Positions 46,549 to 56,437 of a stretch of 64,000 nt of DNA are shown piece after piece. The first letter of the stretch is position 1, and every line of letters begins with the position of its first letter. Below the pieces are notes generated by a model, which was given only the letters and a program-made list of their open reading frames with translations, ran no database searches and was not told where the DNA came from. A program made the position numbers and the translations under genes. Source of the DNA: Candidatus Proelusimicrobium excrementi (lineage in GTDB: Bacteria > Elusimicrobiota > Elusimicrobia > Elusimicrobiales > Elusimicrobiaceae); NCBI GenBank assembly GCA_934643455.1, contig CAKUBV010000001.1, forward strand, positions 258,692 to 322,691. Reading direction: 5' to 3'.

Positions 46549-48929
46549 TATTGGGCCTCCTCTAAATATTTTTTAAAAGCCGGGTCCGAAACGGGGAAAG
46601 CGTCGCAAGCTGCGTCTTTCTCTTCCCGGACGACGGCCTGCTTTTGCGCGCCGACCAAATAGCCTTCTAAAGCCGTTTGCGCGCCGTCTTCGGCTACGCC
46701 TTTAATGCCCAGCTTGTCGCAGGCGTATTTAGCCATTTGCGAAAGCGTCATGGGATTATGGTCAAAGCTGCCCGTAAAGGGGGAAACTTTCTCATAAAGA
46801 GCCGCTTTCTTGGCAAAATTGGCCGCGATGCGCGCTTCCATAGCGTCTTCGGCTTTATCCGCGTCTTTATCGGTTTTAGAGGGGTTGTCCTCGTCTTTAG
46901 CTTTGTCTTTGTCTTTGGCAGCGTCCTCGTCATTTGCGCCGCGTTCGGACTTTTTATAAGCCAGTTTCTCAGCCAAGCCCGCAATCGTTCTGATTTGCTC
47001 TTCTTTGCCGTCTTTAAATTCGTCGGCCGGCTTGGCGGCAATAGCCATAATTTCTTCTATTACCTTTCTTTTGTCCATTTTTATACTCTCCTTATCTTCG
47101 GGGGCGGCGCTTATGCCGTCCGTCCCGTTTGTTTTTGTACCTTTTACAGAATTAAAAATAGCTTCAAGCCACCCCCTATCCATTTGCTTGATATAGTCGT
47201 TTTGGCTTGCTCTTGTAAAAAAAACGCTTTTGGCGGACTGCGGGTTTGTATATGCCGTTTTGCTCCATTTAGATAAGCTCCTAGCTTCTGCAATCATTGC
47301 CGCTTGTTCGTCATTAGGGTTGTTTTCCATAGCTTTCTTATAGGCTGTTCCGGCTTCAAACTTCCCCGCACGGCGTTCTATTTCGGCTTTTTTAGCCGCT
47401 CTTTCTTCCTGTTTTCTTTTTATTTCAGCGGCCCCGCCGCCGCTCGTAAATTTTCCTTCTGCGTCCCTTTTATGCTTGCTTTCGTCCCATTCGTCGCCCG
47501 CGTGGTCTGCTTCTTCTATAAAAAGGTTCATGCCGTCTTCTGCGCTTTCCAACATTTCAGTTATGCTCATGTCTGATAATTCCTCCTTTTTTAAACTTTC
47601 TAAATCCTTGACAAAATCCTCTTTTGTTAGTATCTTATTTATAAGGCTTTGAGAGTGGAGAGGACGCGATTGGAGCGGGCCCCACAAATCAGAGCCTTTC
47701 TCTTTTATATAAATAATCCCGTTTTCGTTATTGGTTTTATTAACAAAATTTTCAAAATTCTTCTTATCATAAACACTTGGAATAAAATTAAAACCGCTTT
47801 CGCCCTTTTCATTGGGAGAAATCGCCGCTACAATCTGTTTGCCGTCTTTATTTACTGCATTTAATACCGCAACAAAACCTTTAGGGTTTGTTGACTCCAT
47901 AGAAGATTTAAAAACACCCTCAGGGTCGCTAATTAAGGCAGGTAAATTTTCCAATACTTCTTGTGGAACATCATGGGCGTGCCGCCCGCCTTTGCCAAGT
48001 GCCTTAAGCATTGTCATTTTATTTATATTTAATTTACTATCGGGCAACCCCAGTTTTATGTATAAAGGCGGTATAGTACCCATGTTAAGCAAATGATTTT
48101 TGCTAATACTATCGTCCGCCAAAACGGCTTGGACTTCTTTTTTAAATCTTTCCGCCAATTCCGCAGAGGGGGTAAAGATATCTTGCTTTTCTGTTTTTTC
48201 TTCGCTTTTGGCTTTGCCGCTCTCACCCTGTCCTTTAGGTGCAAATTTGCCGTCTTTCTTGCGGGGATGGTCGCTTTCTTGCCAGTCCTGAGCCTGCCCC
48301 GGTAAACTAAAAAGCTTAAGGGGTATATGCCCGGCGGGGAGCAAGGCCGAAACAAACGGCCCGGCAAGCTCCAAGCTGTCGCAGGCGTAAGAGGCCGCGC
48401 CGGCGGGCAAAGCGTCCATAACTCTAACATCATGCCCCATGCGCCCTAAAGGCACAATAGCCAAATGGTTACCCCTTATATTCTTTTGGACAAAATCATA
48501 ATGTTGGCCTTTATAATCGCCGCTTTCTTTGACCCATTGGCAAAAATAGCCTAAGGAAAGCTCTTTAAGGCCTTTGTCGATATCTTCCTTGGCCTGCTCG
48601 CTGGTTACTTTGATATTGGCGTATAGGGTATCGCCATCGGCAAAAACTTTTTCGCCGACTACTCCCTGCTGGGGGATTTTTTCCGCCGGGGTTAAGCCCT
48701 GTTCTTGCGGGCCAAGCATTCTGTGCCCTTTTGTAATAGGCAGAAGCTCAAAGCTTTTAATGGCTTCCGGGCTCATTAATTCCTGCTCAGAGCGCAAAAC
48801 ATAATAAATTTTGTTCGGCTCAAGGCCCGGATAGCCTATTTCCCGGCCAAGATACGGAAACACCCCGGTTTTACTTATCGGGTTCTTTTCTATGTACCAA
48901 AAATTATTGTGGTCTATTATTCTTCCCAT
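46548..48929 (-). CDS. DUF2213/prohead-protease-like N-terminal domain fused to long acidic/lysine-rich scaffold-like region
   Basis: N-terminal 170 aa resemble phage prohead-protease-like proteins (NHLAIV ... GR); remainder is low-complexity and charged. Confidence 0.35.
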   Translation of the reverse strand: MGRIIDHNNFWYIEKNPISKTGVFPYLGREIGYPGLEPNKIYYVLRSEQELMSPEAIKSFELLPITKGHRMLGPQEQGLTPAEKIPQQGVVGEKVFADGDTLYANIKVTSEQAKEDIDKGLKELSLGYFCQWVKESGDYKGQHYDFVQKNIRGNHLAIVPLGRMGHDVRVMDALPAGAASYACDSLELAGPFVSALLPAGHIPLKLFSLPGQAQDWQESDHPRKKDGKFAPKGQGESGKAKSEEKTEKQDIFTPSAELAERFKKEVQAVLADDSISKNHLLNMGTIPPLYIKLGLPDSKLNINKMTMLKALGKGGRHAHDVPQEVLENLPALISDPEGVFKSSMESTNPKGFVAVLNAVNKDGKQIVAAISPNEKGESGFNFIPSVYDKKNFENFVNKTNNENGIIYIKEKGSDLWGPLQSRPLHSQSLINKILTKEDFVKDLESLKKEELSDMSITEMLESAEDGMNLFIEEADHAGDEWDESKHKRDAEGKFTSGGGAAEIKRKQEERAAKKAEIERRAGKFEAGTAYKKAMENNPNDEQAAMIAEARSLSKWSKTAYTNPQSAKSVFFTRASQNDYIKQMDRGWLEAIFNSVKGTKTNGTDGISAAPEDKESIKMDKRKVIEEIMAIAAKPADEFKDGKEEQIRTIAGLAEKLAYKKSERGANDEDAAKDKDKAKDEDNPSKTDKDADKAEDAMEARIAANFAKKAALYEKVSPFTGSFDHNPMTLSQMAKYACDKLGIKGVAEDGAQTALEGYLVGAQKQAVVREEKDAACDAFPVSDPAFKKYLEEAQ

Positions 48930-48943
48930 TTGCTTTTTTCCTC

Positions 48944-49813
48944 TTAATCAAAAACTATTACCGGGCGTTTTATGCAGTGGCAGTTTATCAGGGTTCCCGG
49001 ATAGCCCTTTTCGCCGGTTTTAGGGTCGACTACAACGGGAAGCGCCAAATCCAATATTTGCCCGGCTAAAACATCCCTGTGATAAACCCTTTCCCATTGA
49101 GGCTTTTTGGAACCGTAAGTATAAACCCACTCATATTTGCTTACGCCCGCGTCCGCCAGTTTTGAGCGGCTTAAAGCTTCATACACTTTTTTGGTTTGGT
49201 CGGACGCTATCAAATCGATACGCTTATCCAATTTGCCGCTTATTTTGCTTAAGCCCTCTTTTAAAGAAGTTATGCCCTCGGCGTTTATTACGCTTCTAAA
49301 AACAAGCCCGGCTATTTCTTCAAAAAACTGGGAATTTATGCTCTTAATCAAATTAACATTCGCTTCTATGGACGCTTTGGCGGTCCGCCTGTCCGCCCGG
49401 CTGTAAAAATTATTTATAAAGTTAATCTCAAAATTAGTCTTTTCCCCGTTTATAAGCCCAAAGGATTTTAAAGAACTTTTGACGCTGATATTTGCGTAAT
49501 CTTCCTGCCGGGCTACAAAACCTTTTGCCAAACCCTCGGCTTTGCCGGTAAATACGGCGTAAAACTCTTTATTAAGCTTGTCCAGCTCCGCTTTTAAAAC
49601 TTCCGCGCTGTCCGCGTCCTGAGCGTAAAGCGCTTTAATATTTTCATTTTCCCGGCGGTAAACCTTTATAATATCGGCTATGGTCTTACGGCTCATTTCC
49701 GTGCTTAAAGCCGAAAGCTCCCGTTTATACCATTTGCGTATGCCCTCGCTGGGGAACAGTTCCCCGCCGTAAAGGATACTTTGCCTTTTTACTCTTCGCT
49801 CTTTGCTCGCCAT
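48944..49813 (-). CDS. Phage head morphogenesis protein, Mu F/SPP1 gp7 family
   Basis: C-terminal YHRDVLAGQILD ... CHCIKRP MuF-like motif; follows portal gene. Confidence 0.6.
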   Translation of the reverse strand: MASKERRVKRQSILYGGELFPSEGIRKWYKRELSALSTEMSRKTIADIIKVYRRENENIKALYAQDADSAEVLKAELDKLNKEFYAVFTGKAEGLAKGFVARQEDYANISVKSSLKSFGLINGEKTNFEINFINNFYSRADRRTAKASIEANVNLIKSINSQFFEEIAGLVFRSVINAEGITSLKEGLSKISGKLDKRIDLIASDQTKKVYEALSRSKLADAGVSKYEWVYTYGSKKPQWERVYHRDVLAGQILDLALPVVVDPKTGEKGYPGTLINCHCIKRPVIVFD

Positions 49814-49914
49814 CAGTTGAAATCCGCCTGTTTTTTAGCTATACTATTATTAGCGAAATAAGAACCGCCTAGGGCGTAGGGTTTAGGGTTGGCATTGCCA
49901 AAGCATTTTCCCGC

Positions 49915-52065
49915 TTATTTCGCTTTTCTTTTGTACATCGTTTTAGGCCTTAAATTCTTTTTTTTCTTTCCGCCTATACTTTCTGTGTAATAGTAAATGT
50001 CGCCAATTTTCTTTTTATACACAATTAATTTTTTATCCTCAGATAACCCTTCGCCAAGATAGACATCGTCAAAATTTGAAGTAATTTCTGGGATTAATGA
50101 GATGTCCTCGCGCGTTACAGCAATTTGCCCTCTGTTTGCCTCGGTCATTGCATTTCCATGTTGCTTAAATATGTGTCGTATATCTTGGGCTGTCAGTTCG
50201 TGCCTATAACCTTTTAAATCTATACCTATATTTTCCTTAAGTCTATTGGCTTCCTCTTGCTCTACGGTCCTGTAAGAAATAGCAGCTTCTTGGGATAAGT
50301 CTTTTTTACTAGAAAAAACCACATCAAGCAGATTGTTTATATTCGTATTTGTTATTTTATTTTCATTCTTTTTCTGTTTTTCTGTTTCTTCGGGCTTTTT
50401 GTTAAATCTGCCCAAGTCGTCCCGGTTGACTTTGCTCTCGTCAAATTCGTCGCCGGCTTGACTTTTGGCTTGTGAGGAGGGGGAGTTGCCGCCCTTTGCC
50501 CCGCCGCCGTTTTTATCTTTATCTTTCCCGGAAGCCAAGGCCTTTAATTCTTCTTCCTGCTGGGGCGTTATTAAAGCTTCCGGCGCGTCTTCCGGCAGCC
50601 AGGCAAAGCCGCTGTTTTCGTCTTCAATAAGGCTTTTGCGGCCCTCGTCGGGGCTTATTATACCCTTATCAATCAATGTGCCTAAATTCTGCGTCTTCTG
50701 CGTTAGCAAAGCCGCCTTTTCCGTTTGGTCGGTTAAGTCAAGTTCGTTAAAAGTGATATCCGTTTGCGTCTTTACGCCAAACTCGGAGCGCAAAATAATA
50801 TCTTCTATGCGCTCGATAAAAGGCTTATAGCCGTATTCCTGCAAAGAGCAGACTTCCAAACGGTAATCTTTGGTAGAAAACTCGCCTTTATTGCCCAGCC
50901 CGCCGCTGGGGTTGGTTTTCATTAATTTATGTTCCGGGATTTTGGCAACGGCGGCAACCAGCTTATATTGGTTGTCGATAATCTCGCAAAGGCCGGTTAA
51001 AGTCGTGTCCAGCTGGTGGACGTCGTAATCCGTAAGCCATATACCGAAATTGTTTAAAAGCTTCCTCATCCAAGTAAGCTTTTTGGCCGTTTCGTGCTCA
51101 TTTAACAAAGCCTCGTCCAAATTGGAGCTTTTGGCTATTGTAGAGCGCTTTGTAAGCAGTATTTCCGGCGCTTCGTTGGCGGATTTTTCCGCCGCGTAAA
51201 CCCTTTCGTAAATCTGCTGCGTCAGCGGAATGCCGCCGTAAATGTAACTTGGTTTTAAAATGTCGCTCGGTTCGTCGTTAAGCCAAATAAGCAGGTGGGA
51301 GCGGTGCACTCTGCGCCCGTTAAAAACGTAATAAGCCGGTTTAAAATAGTCCGGGTCTAAAGGGTTACGGACAGTGTCGGCGTCAAACTCCGGCATACAC
51401 CAATACGGATCTATCACGGCTATACCTTTGAAAGAACCGGGCTTTACGCCGTCTATATTAAAAGGCTTTTCCGTATCGACGCCGTCAATTACCGGGTAAG
51501 CCAAAGCCAGCCCGAAAATTTTGCGGTTCCTGCCCCACTTTAAAGCCTTTGCGTAAATATCGTATTTCTTATTTTCCGTATTGTTTAAATCTTGGAGTAA
51601 ATCGGCGTTATCCTTGCCGCCCGTGAGCGTCGTTTTCCAGCCGGGGCGCAAAGCGTCTTCGTTGGGGATTGTGCAGGCGTTGTTTATCAGCCAATGCTGC
51701 TGCAGAAGCGAACAGGCCTGATAGCCTATAAAGCCGTATTTTGCAAAGAAGGTAAAGATTATGTCCTGCTGAAAGCCCTCAAGCCCATACAGCGCGGGGG
51801 CTTTTATCGCCTCGCCTAAAGCGTCCTGCGCGTAAGCTTTGCCGGGAAGGGCGACAGTTTTAAAAGAAATGCTTTGTACAGGCTTTTGGAAAGAATAGCC
51901 CAAAAGGTTTTGCGCTTCTGAGGAGCTTAAAGTCTTGGGCAAAAAGGAAGAGCCGTAACCCAAACTAAGCGGCCTTTTTGCGTTTTTTGGCGCGGGTAAG
52001 CCCAAACGCGCCGCTATTTTATCGGCCATATCATTTACAAATTTATTTTTTAATTCTCTAAACAT
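49915..52065 (-). CDS. Phage portal protein with about 170-aa C-terminal extension
   Basis: Between TerL and MuF; portal-like core about 540 aa then G/K/S-rich linker and extra domain. Confidence 0.55.
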   Translation of the reverse strand: MFRELKNKFVNDMADKIAARLGLPAPKNAKRPLSLGYGSSFLPKTLSSSEAQNLLGYSFQKPVQSISFKTVALPGKAYAQDALGEAIKAPALYGLEGFQQDIIFTFFAKYGFIGYQACSLLQQHWLINNACTIPNEDALRPGWKTTLTGGKDNADLLQDLNNTENKKYDIYAKALKWGRNRKIFGLALAYPVIDGVDTEKPFNIDGVKPGSFKGIAVIDPYWCMPEFDADTVRNPLDPDYFKPAYYVFNGRRVHRSHLLIWLNDEPSDILKPSYIYGGIPLTQQIYERVYAAEKSANEAPEILLTKRSTIAKSSNLDEALLNEHETAKKLTWMRKLLNNFGIWLTDYDVHQLDTTLTGLCEIIDNQYKLVAAVAKIPEHKLMKTNPSGGLGNKGEFSTKDYRLEVCSLQEYGYKPFIERIEDIILRSEFGVKTQTDITFNELDLTDQTEKAALLTQKTQNLGTLIDKGIISPDEGRKSLIEDENSGFAWLPEDAPEALITPQQEEELKALASGKDKDKNGGGAKGGNSPSSQAKSQAGDEFDESKVNRDDLGRFNKKPEETEKQKKNENKITNTNINNLLDVVFSSKKDLSQEAAISYRTVEQEEANRLKENIGIDLKGYRHELTAQDIRHIFKQHGNAMTEANRGQIAVTREDISLIPEITSNFDDVYLGEGLSEDKKLIVYKKKIGDIYYYTESIGGKKKKNLRPKTMYKRKAK

Positions 52066-52073
52066 TTTTGCAC

Positions 52074-53492
52074 CTATAAAAAACTTTTCTTTATCACCCC
52101 TTGCAGGGGGTAAATCAACGCCGCGTCGACTTGGTCGTCATGCTTATGCGTTAAATCCGCGCTGAAACGCTGGCATTCGTTTATAAAATCTTTAAGCCAA
52201 GGCTTTTTTAAATCCTCGTGGGGTACGTAAAAACGGCCCGTTTCTATCAGCGGCAGAACATCGCAAAGCCTTTGAAATTTATCGGCGGTATATAAATTGC
52301 CTTGGCTGTCCTGCGCTTTTGGCTCTATCGCAAGAACTGGGATACCCTCCCGCCTTAAAGTCTGTATAAGCCCGATACCGCTTGCCTTATTTTCAATATT
52401 TAAAGACCGCGGCGGACGGTAAAAACTTTTGCACTTGCGCCAAACCTCGCGCGCCATTGCCAAAAGTTCCGGGCTTTCCCATTGTCCGCGCCATAAATCC
52501 AACAAATAAACGTCTTGCGCTTTCGTGTAGCCCACCAAAGCAAATACGCTATAGTCCGCACTTGTCTTGGCCGTCATTGCCGTATCGGCGTAAATCTTGG
52601 TATAAAGCAAATCTAAAGGCTCTTGCCGGTAGCGGCGGAATTTTTCCGTTTTTATTACATTGCCGCCCTCAAGCATAGGCTCCTGCTGATATAAAGCTTC
52701 CCAAGAATACACGTCCATAGCCGCTTTTGTTTCTTTAAGCTTTTCGGCCGGGTGCAGCTTGGGGTGCAGAGCTTCGCCCTTTTCATTTAAAGCGGGGAAT
52801 TTTAACACCTTAACTCTGCCGCTTTCTCCGCCCTGTTTCTGCAGGATATAGCCGATTAAATCCTCTTCGTGCCACCTGGTCGCCATTATCAGCTGTCCGC
52901 TTTTGCGGCTCAAACGCGTTAAAAATACGCTTTGATACCACTCCTGTAAAAACATTTGGGTGGCTTCGCTCCGGGCTTCCTGCATGTTCTTTGTCGGGTC
53001 GTCTATTATCCCGATGTCCACGCTTTGCCCCGTTAAAGGCCCGCCTACGCCCGTACACAGGTAATACCCCGTCCCGCCCGGGATGTCGAAATGCTCGCTG
53101 TTTTTTAGCTTATTTCTGTCCGTCAGCGCGCTGCGGGGGAATATCCGCTGATATTCCGCGCTCGTCATAATGCGCTGGACATCCCTGTTTACCTTCGCCG
53201 CCAATGTCGCACTGTAAGAGCACCCCGCTACCCTTAAATTGGGGTTTATCCCAAACAAATAAGCCGGGAACTTGCGGCTTGCCAGCTCGCTTTTGCCGTG
53301 CTGAGGCGGAGCCTGTATAATCAGTATCGGACGCCTTTCGGCTTGGACATCCTCGTAAAATTGTAAAAGAGCGTCTAAAATCTTTAAGTTAAACGGCGCA
53401 AATATATAATCCCTTTGCGTCGCCTTTACAAAGTATCGGATATCGCGGCGGGCCAGTTCTTCTATAATTTCCCGCTTTAAATTATCCGCCAT
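52074..53492 (-). CDS. terL: Terminase large subunit
   Basis: Walker A PPQHGKSE, Walker B IGIIDDP, C-terminal nuclease region. Confidence 0.75.
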   Translation of the reverse strand: MADNLKREIIEELARRDIRYFVKATQRDYIFAPFNLKILDALLQFYEDVQAERRPILIIQAPPQHGKSELASRKFPAYLFGINPNLRVAGCSYSATLAAKVNRDVQRIMTSAEYQRIFPRSALTDRNKLKNSEHFDIPGGTGYYLCTGVGGPLTGQSVDIGIIDDPTKNMQEARSEATQMFLQEWYQSVFLTRLSRKSGQLIMATRWHEEDLIGYILQKQGGESGRVKVLKFPALNEKGEALHPKLHPAEKLKETKAAMDVYSWEALYQQEPMLEGGNVIKTEKFRRYRQEPLDLLYTKIYADTAMTAKTSADYSVFALVGYTKAQDVYLLDLWRGQWESPELLAMAREVWRKCKSFYRPPRSLNIENKASGIGLIQTLRREGIPVLAIEPKAQDSQGNLYTADKFQRLCDVLPLIETGRFYVPHEDLKKPWLKDFINECQRFSADLTHKHDDQVDAALIYPLQGVIKKSFL

Positions 53493-53496
53493 TTGC

Positions 53497-53850
53497 TTAT
53501 ACCTCGTCTTCTATGTCCACCGCCGCCGCTTTCGCCATTTTTATGAGCGTTTCCGTGCTTAGCTTGCTTAAATCCTTGCCGACGCTTATTTCCGTCTTGC
53601 TTTCTACCTTATCCGCCGGCTTTTGCCCTATCGTGTCCCTGATAACTTCAAAAGCTTTAATATTGCCGTTTTCCGCGGTTTTTATCAGCTTTAAGGCTAT
53701 GTACTCCGCCCGGGTGTAACTCTTGCCGCTTTCCGTTTTTATTTCTTGCCTGAGCCCCGCTTCCAGCAAGTCTTTAAAGGCCTTTAACTCCCGCCTTTTC
53801 TTGCCGCTCGCTACACCGCCTTTACGGCCCTTTTTTCTCGCTTCGCTCAC
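53497..53850 (-). CDS. Putative terminase small subunit
   Basis: 117 aa, basic N-terminus, immediately upstream of terL. Confidence 0.35.
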   Translation of the reverse strand: MSEARKKGRKGGVASGKKRRELKAFKDLLEAGLRQEIKTESGKSYTRAEYIALKLIKTAENGNIKAFEVIRDTIGQKPADKVESKTEISVGKDLSKLSTETLIKMAKAAAVDIEDEV

Positions 53851-53878
53851 GCTTCGAACGGGTTTTAAGTTCTTTGCA

Positions 53879-54388
53879 TTAGCTATTTTTAAACTGCCTC
53901 TTGGGGGCTGTGCACCCGCATTTGGGGCAAGAAAGCAATTCTTCCGTTTTAGCCGCTTCCCGTCCGTCCTCCGCGCCTAAATCCGCGGGGGGGATAATAT
54001 CCTCAAGGCCTAAATCCGGCAAATCTTCCAAATCGAAATCGGCGGAAATATTGTCCAAATCGTAAGTTACCTTATCGGATGTTGAGTTATCCAACAAAGC
54101 AAGCTTCTTGCGCTTTTTGTCGCAGGTGTTTAAATCGGTTCTTTTAACGGCAATAAGGGTTTTGCCGTCCGTTTCTACGATCTTTACCGGGATGTTTTGC
54201 GCAAGGGCGTTTTTATACGTGGCGTTGCCGGCGATAATTTCATTATCGGCGTCAATAAGAATAGAACGCCCGGTCCCGCATTCCTTTAAGCTTTTGCCGA
54301 TAAGCTTTAAGTTGCGCTCGTCATGGTTGCGGTAATTGTGCCCGTCAAATTTTATTCCCGTTTCTTCCATAGATTTAAAACCCCTCAT
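53879..54388 (-). CDS. ParB-like nuclease domain protein
   Basis: ParB/Srx-like N-terminal pattern; typical companion of phage terminase genes; C-terminal CPKCGC zinc ribbon. Confidence 0.35.
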   Translation of the reverse strand: MRGFKSMEETGIKFDGHNYRNHDERNLKLIGKSLKECGTGRSILIDADNEIIAGNATYKNALAQNIPVKIVETDGKTLIAVKRTDLNTCDKKRKKLALLDNSTSDKVTYDLDNISADFDLEDLPDLGLEDIIPPADLGAEDGREAAKTEELLSCPKCGCTAPKRQFKNS

Positions 54389-54719
54389 AAAAATTGATTA
54401 AGCAAATATTTATCTTTAGCCAGCTTTTCGGATATATCGCCCAATGCGTTTAAAAGGCCTTGCTTAAACACTGTTTCTTCGCCGGTTATTTCTGCGGCGG
54501 ATTTTTCAATCAAAACGCCCAAATCATCCAAAATCAAAATGCAGTTATTTATCATTAGGGGGATGTTCTGCGTATCGGTGCTATCCGGGATTTGTCCGCA
54601 AAATTTGCCAGCCGATTGTAAAGAGTTTAAAGCTACGGCTATTTTTTTGTTTTCAAAAATGCAAATCGACAGTTCTTTAAGGCGGTCGGCGGAGAAATTC
54701 CCTTGGGCAAAAAAGAATT

Positions 54720-54970
54720 TTTCTTTTCTGGATTTATTTGAGGGCATAGTCGTTTCGGGGGAGGAAAAAGTAATCAAGCCGAACCCGGAGATTTACAAAC
54801 GTCTTTTAACCCGTTACAATCTTAAAGCCGAAGACTGCGTTTTTATAGACGACAACGCCGCCAACGTCGAAGCGGCCCGCGCGCTGGGGATGGCCGGGAT
54901 TCGTTTTACTTCTCCCGCCCGGCTGAAAGAAGAACTTTCCGCTTTGGATAATCGGCCTTTGCAAAAATAG
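54720..54970 (+). pseudogene. 5'-truncated HAD-family hydrolase remnant (motifs III and IV only)
   Basis: VIKPNPEIY (motif III Lys) and CVFIDDNAANV (motif IV) present; DxD motif I region absent; abuts prophage end. Confidence 0.5.
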
Positions 54971-55043
54971 GGCAACTTGAACCTTTGCCAAAATGTTTTA
55001 TACTATCAAACGTGGGCAATAAATTATAAAGGAGAGTAATTAA

Positions 55044-55358
55044 ATGGAATTGTTTAAAAAATATTTCGTTAACATCGTAACCAAAAAATACATTGCTTTT
55101 GAAGGAACGGCCGGCAGGGAAGAATTTTGGTACTTCACTCTTTTCGCCGCAATAATCAGCTTGGTTTTAGGTTTGATTTTCGCTTTCTTGGCGGGGCTTT
55201 TTAATTTGGCGATATTGCTGCCGTGGCTCAGCGTGGCCGCAAGACGTCTTAGAAACGCCGGCCACAGCCCTTGGTGGTTGCTGAGCTTGATTTTCGGCAT
55301 AGGTATTTTTATAGTGCTTTTCTTATGCGCTTTGCCGAGCAAAAAAGCTTCAAAATAA
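55044..55358 (+). CDS. DUF805-family inner-membrane protein
   Basis: GREEFWYFTLF ... RRLRNAGHSPWW signature. Confidence 0.5.
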   Translation: MELFKKYFVNIVTKKYIAFEGTAGREEFWYFTLFAAIISLVLGLIFAFLAGLFNLAILLPWLSVAARRLRNAGHSPWWLLSLIFGIGIFIVLFLCALPSKKASK

Positions 55359-55380
55359 CCAAATTCAAACTGTTAAAAAG

Positions 55381-55410
55381 GCGGCTTTTAAAGGCCGCCT
55401 TTTTGCTTTG
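55381..55410. terminator. Bidirectional terminator between convergent genes
   Basis: AGGCGGC-ttttaaag-GCCGCCT then TTTTT. Confidence 0.5.
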
Positions 55411-55431
55411 ACAAATTGCTTCCTGCGCGGA

Positions 55432-56427
55432 TTAATCGGCGGAAGATATTTTATCTATTTCTTCAAGTTCTTCCTCGGTAAAAGAAGGGAACGCCATTAC
55501 GCCCAGATTTTCTTTGACTTGTTCCGGGCGGCTCGCGCCGATAATCACGCTTGTAACGGCTTCGTCGCGCAAAACCCAGTTTAAGGCCATTTGCGCCAAA
55601 GTCTGCCCGCGTTTTTCGGCGACTTTGTTTAAAGCTACTATCTGCAAAAGCCTTTCGGGCGTCAAATCCGCGCGTTTTAAAAATCTGCCGTCTTTGGCGA
55701 TACGGCTGTCCGAGGGAACGCCGTTTAAATATCTGCCTGTAAGAAGCCCCTGCGCCAAAGGGCTGAAAGCTATCAGGCCGAGGCCGTTTTTCAAAGCGTA
55801 TTTTTTAAGCCCGTTTTGCTCTATGGTTCTGTCAAATATGGAATATCTTATTTGGTTAATTACGAAAGGGCAATGAAGCTCTTTTAATATCTCCGCGGCT
55901 TTTGCCGTCGTTTCGGCGTCATAGTTGGAAATGCCGGCGTACAAAGCCTTGCCGGATTTAACGGCTTGGTTCAGCGCGCCCATAGTTTCTTCAAGCGGGG
56001 TTTCCTTGTCCATACGGTGAGAGTAAAATATATCCACGTACTCAAGACCCATGCGTTTAAGGCTTTGATCAAGGCTGGCCAGCAGGTATTTGCGGCTGCC
56101 GTTGTCGCCGTAAGGGCCGGGCCACATCAAATATCCGGCTTTGGTGCTGATTATAAGCTCGTCGCGGTAAGGCTTTAAATCGCCGTTGATTATTTTACCG
56201 AAATTTTCTTCCGCCGAGCCCGGAACCGGGCCGTAATTGTTGGCAAGATCAAAATGCGTTATCCCGTTGTCAAAAGCCGTAAAACAAATGGCTTTCATAT
56301 TGTCAAAATCGTCATTGGTGCCGAAATTGTGCCACAGCCCCAAAGAAACCGCCGGCAGTTTAAGCCCGCTAAGCCCGCAGCGGTTGAACTTCATTTTTGA
56401 ATATCTGCTTTCTTCAGCTTTGTACAT
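55432..56427 (-). CDS. Aldo/keto reductase
   Basis: AKR fold motifs (DLANNYG, IGASRPEQ). Confidence 0.8.
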   Translation of the reverse strand: MYKAEESRYSKMKFNRCGLSGLKLPAVSLGLWHNFGTNDDFDNMKAICFTAFDNGITHFDLANNYGPVPGSAEENFGKIINGDLKPYRDELIISTKAGYLMWPGPYGDNGSRKYLLASLDQSLKRMGLEYVDIFYSHRMDKETPLEETMGALNQAVKSGKALYAGISNYDAETTAKAAEILKELHCPFVINQIRYSIFDRTIEQNGLKKYALKNGLGLIAFSPLAQGLLTGRYLNGVPSDSRIAKDGRFLKRADLTPERLLQIVALNKVAEKRGQTLAQMALNWVLRDEAVTSVIIGASRPEQVKENLGVMAFPSFTEEELEEIDKISSAD

Positions 56428-56437
56428 GACCCCTCCG

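Noticed and set aside
54385-54777. 130-aa minus-strand ORF overlapping the HAD remnant
   Set aside because: Its 5' end overlaps the better-supported HAD fragment on the opposite strand. I see no motifs. It may be a short phage gene with a later start, or spurious, so it is not listed as a feature.
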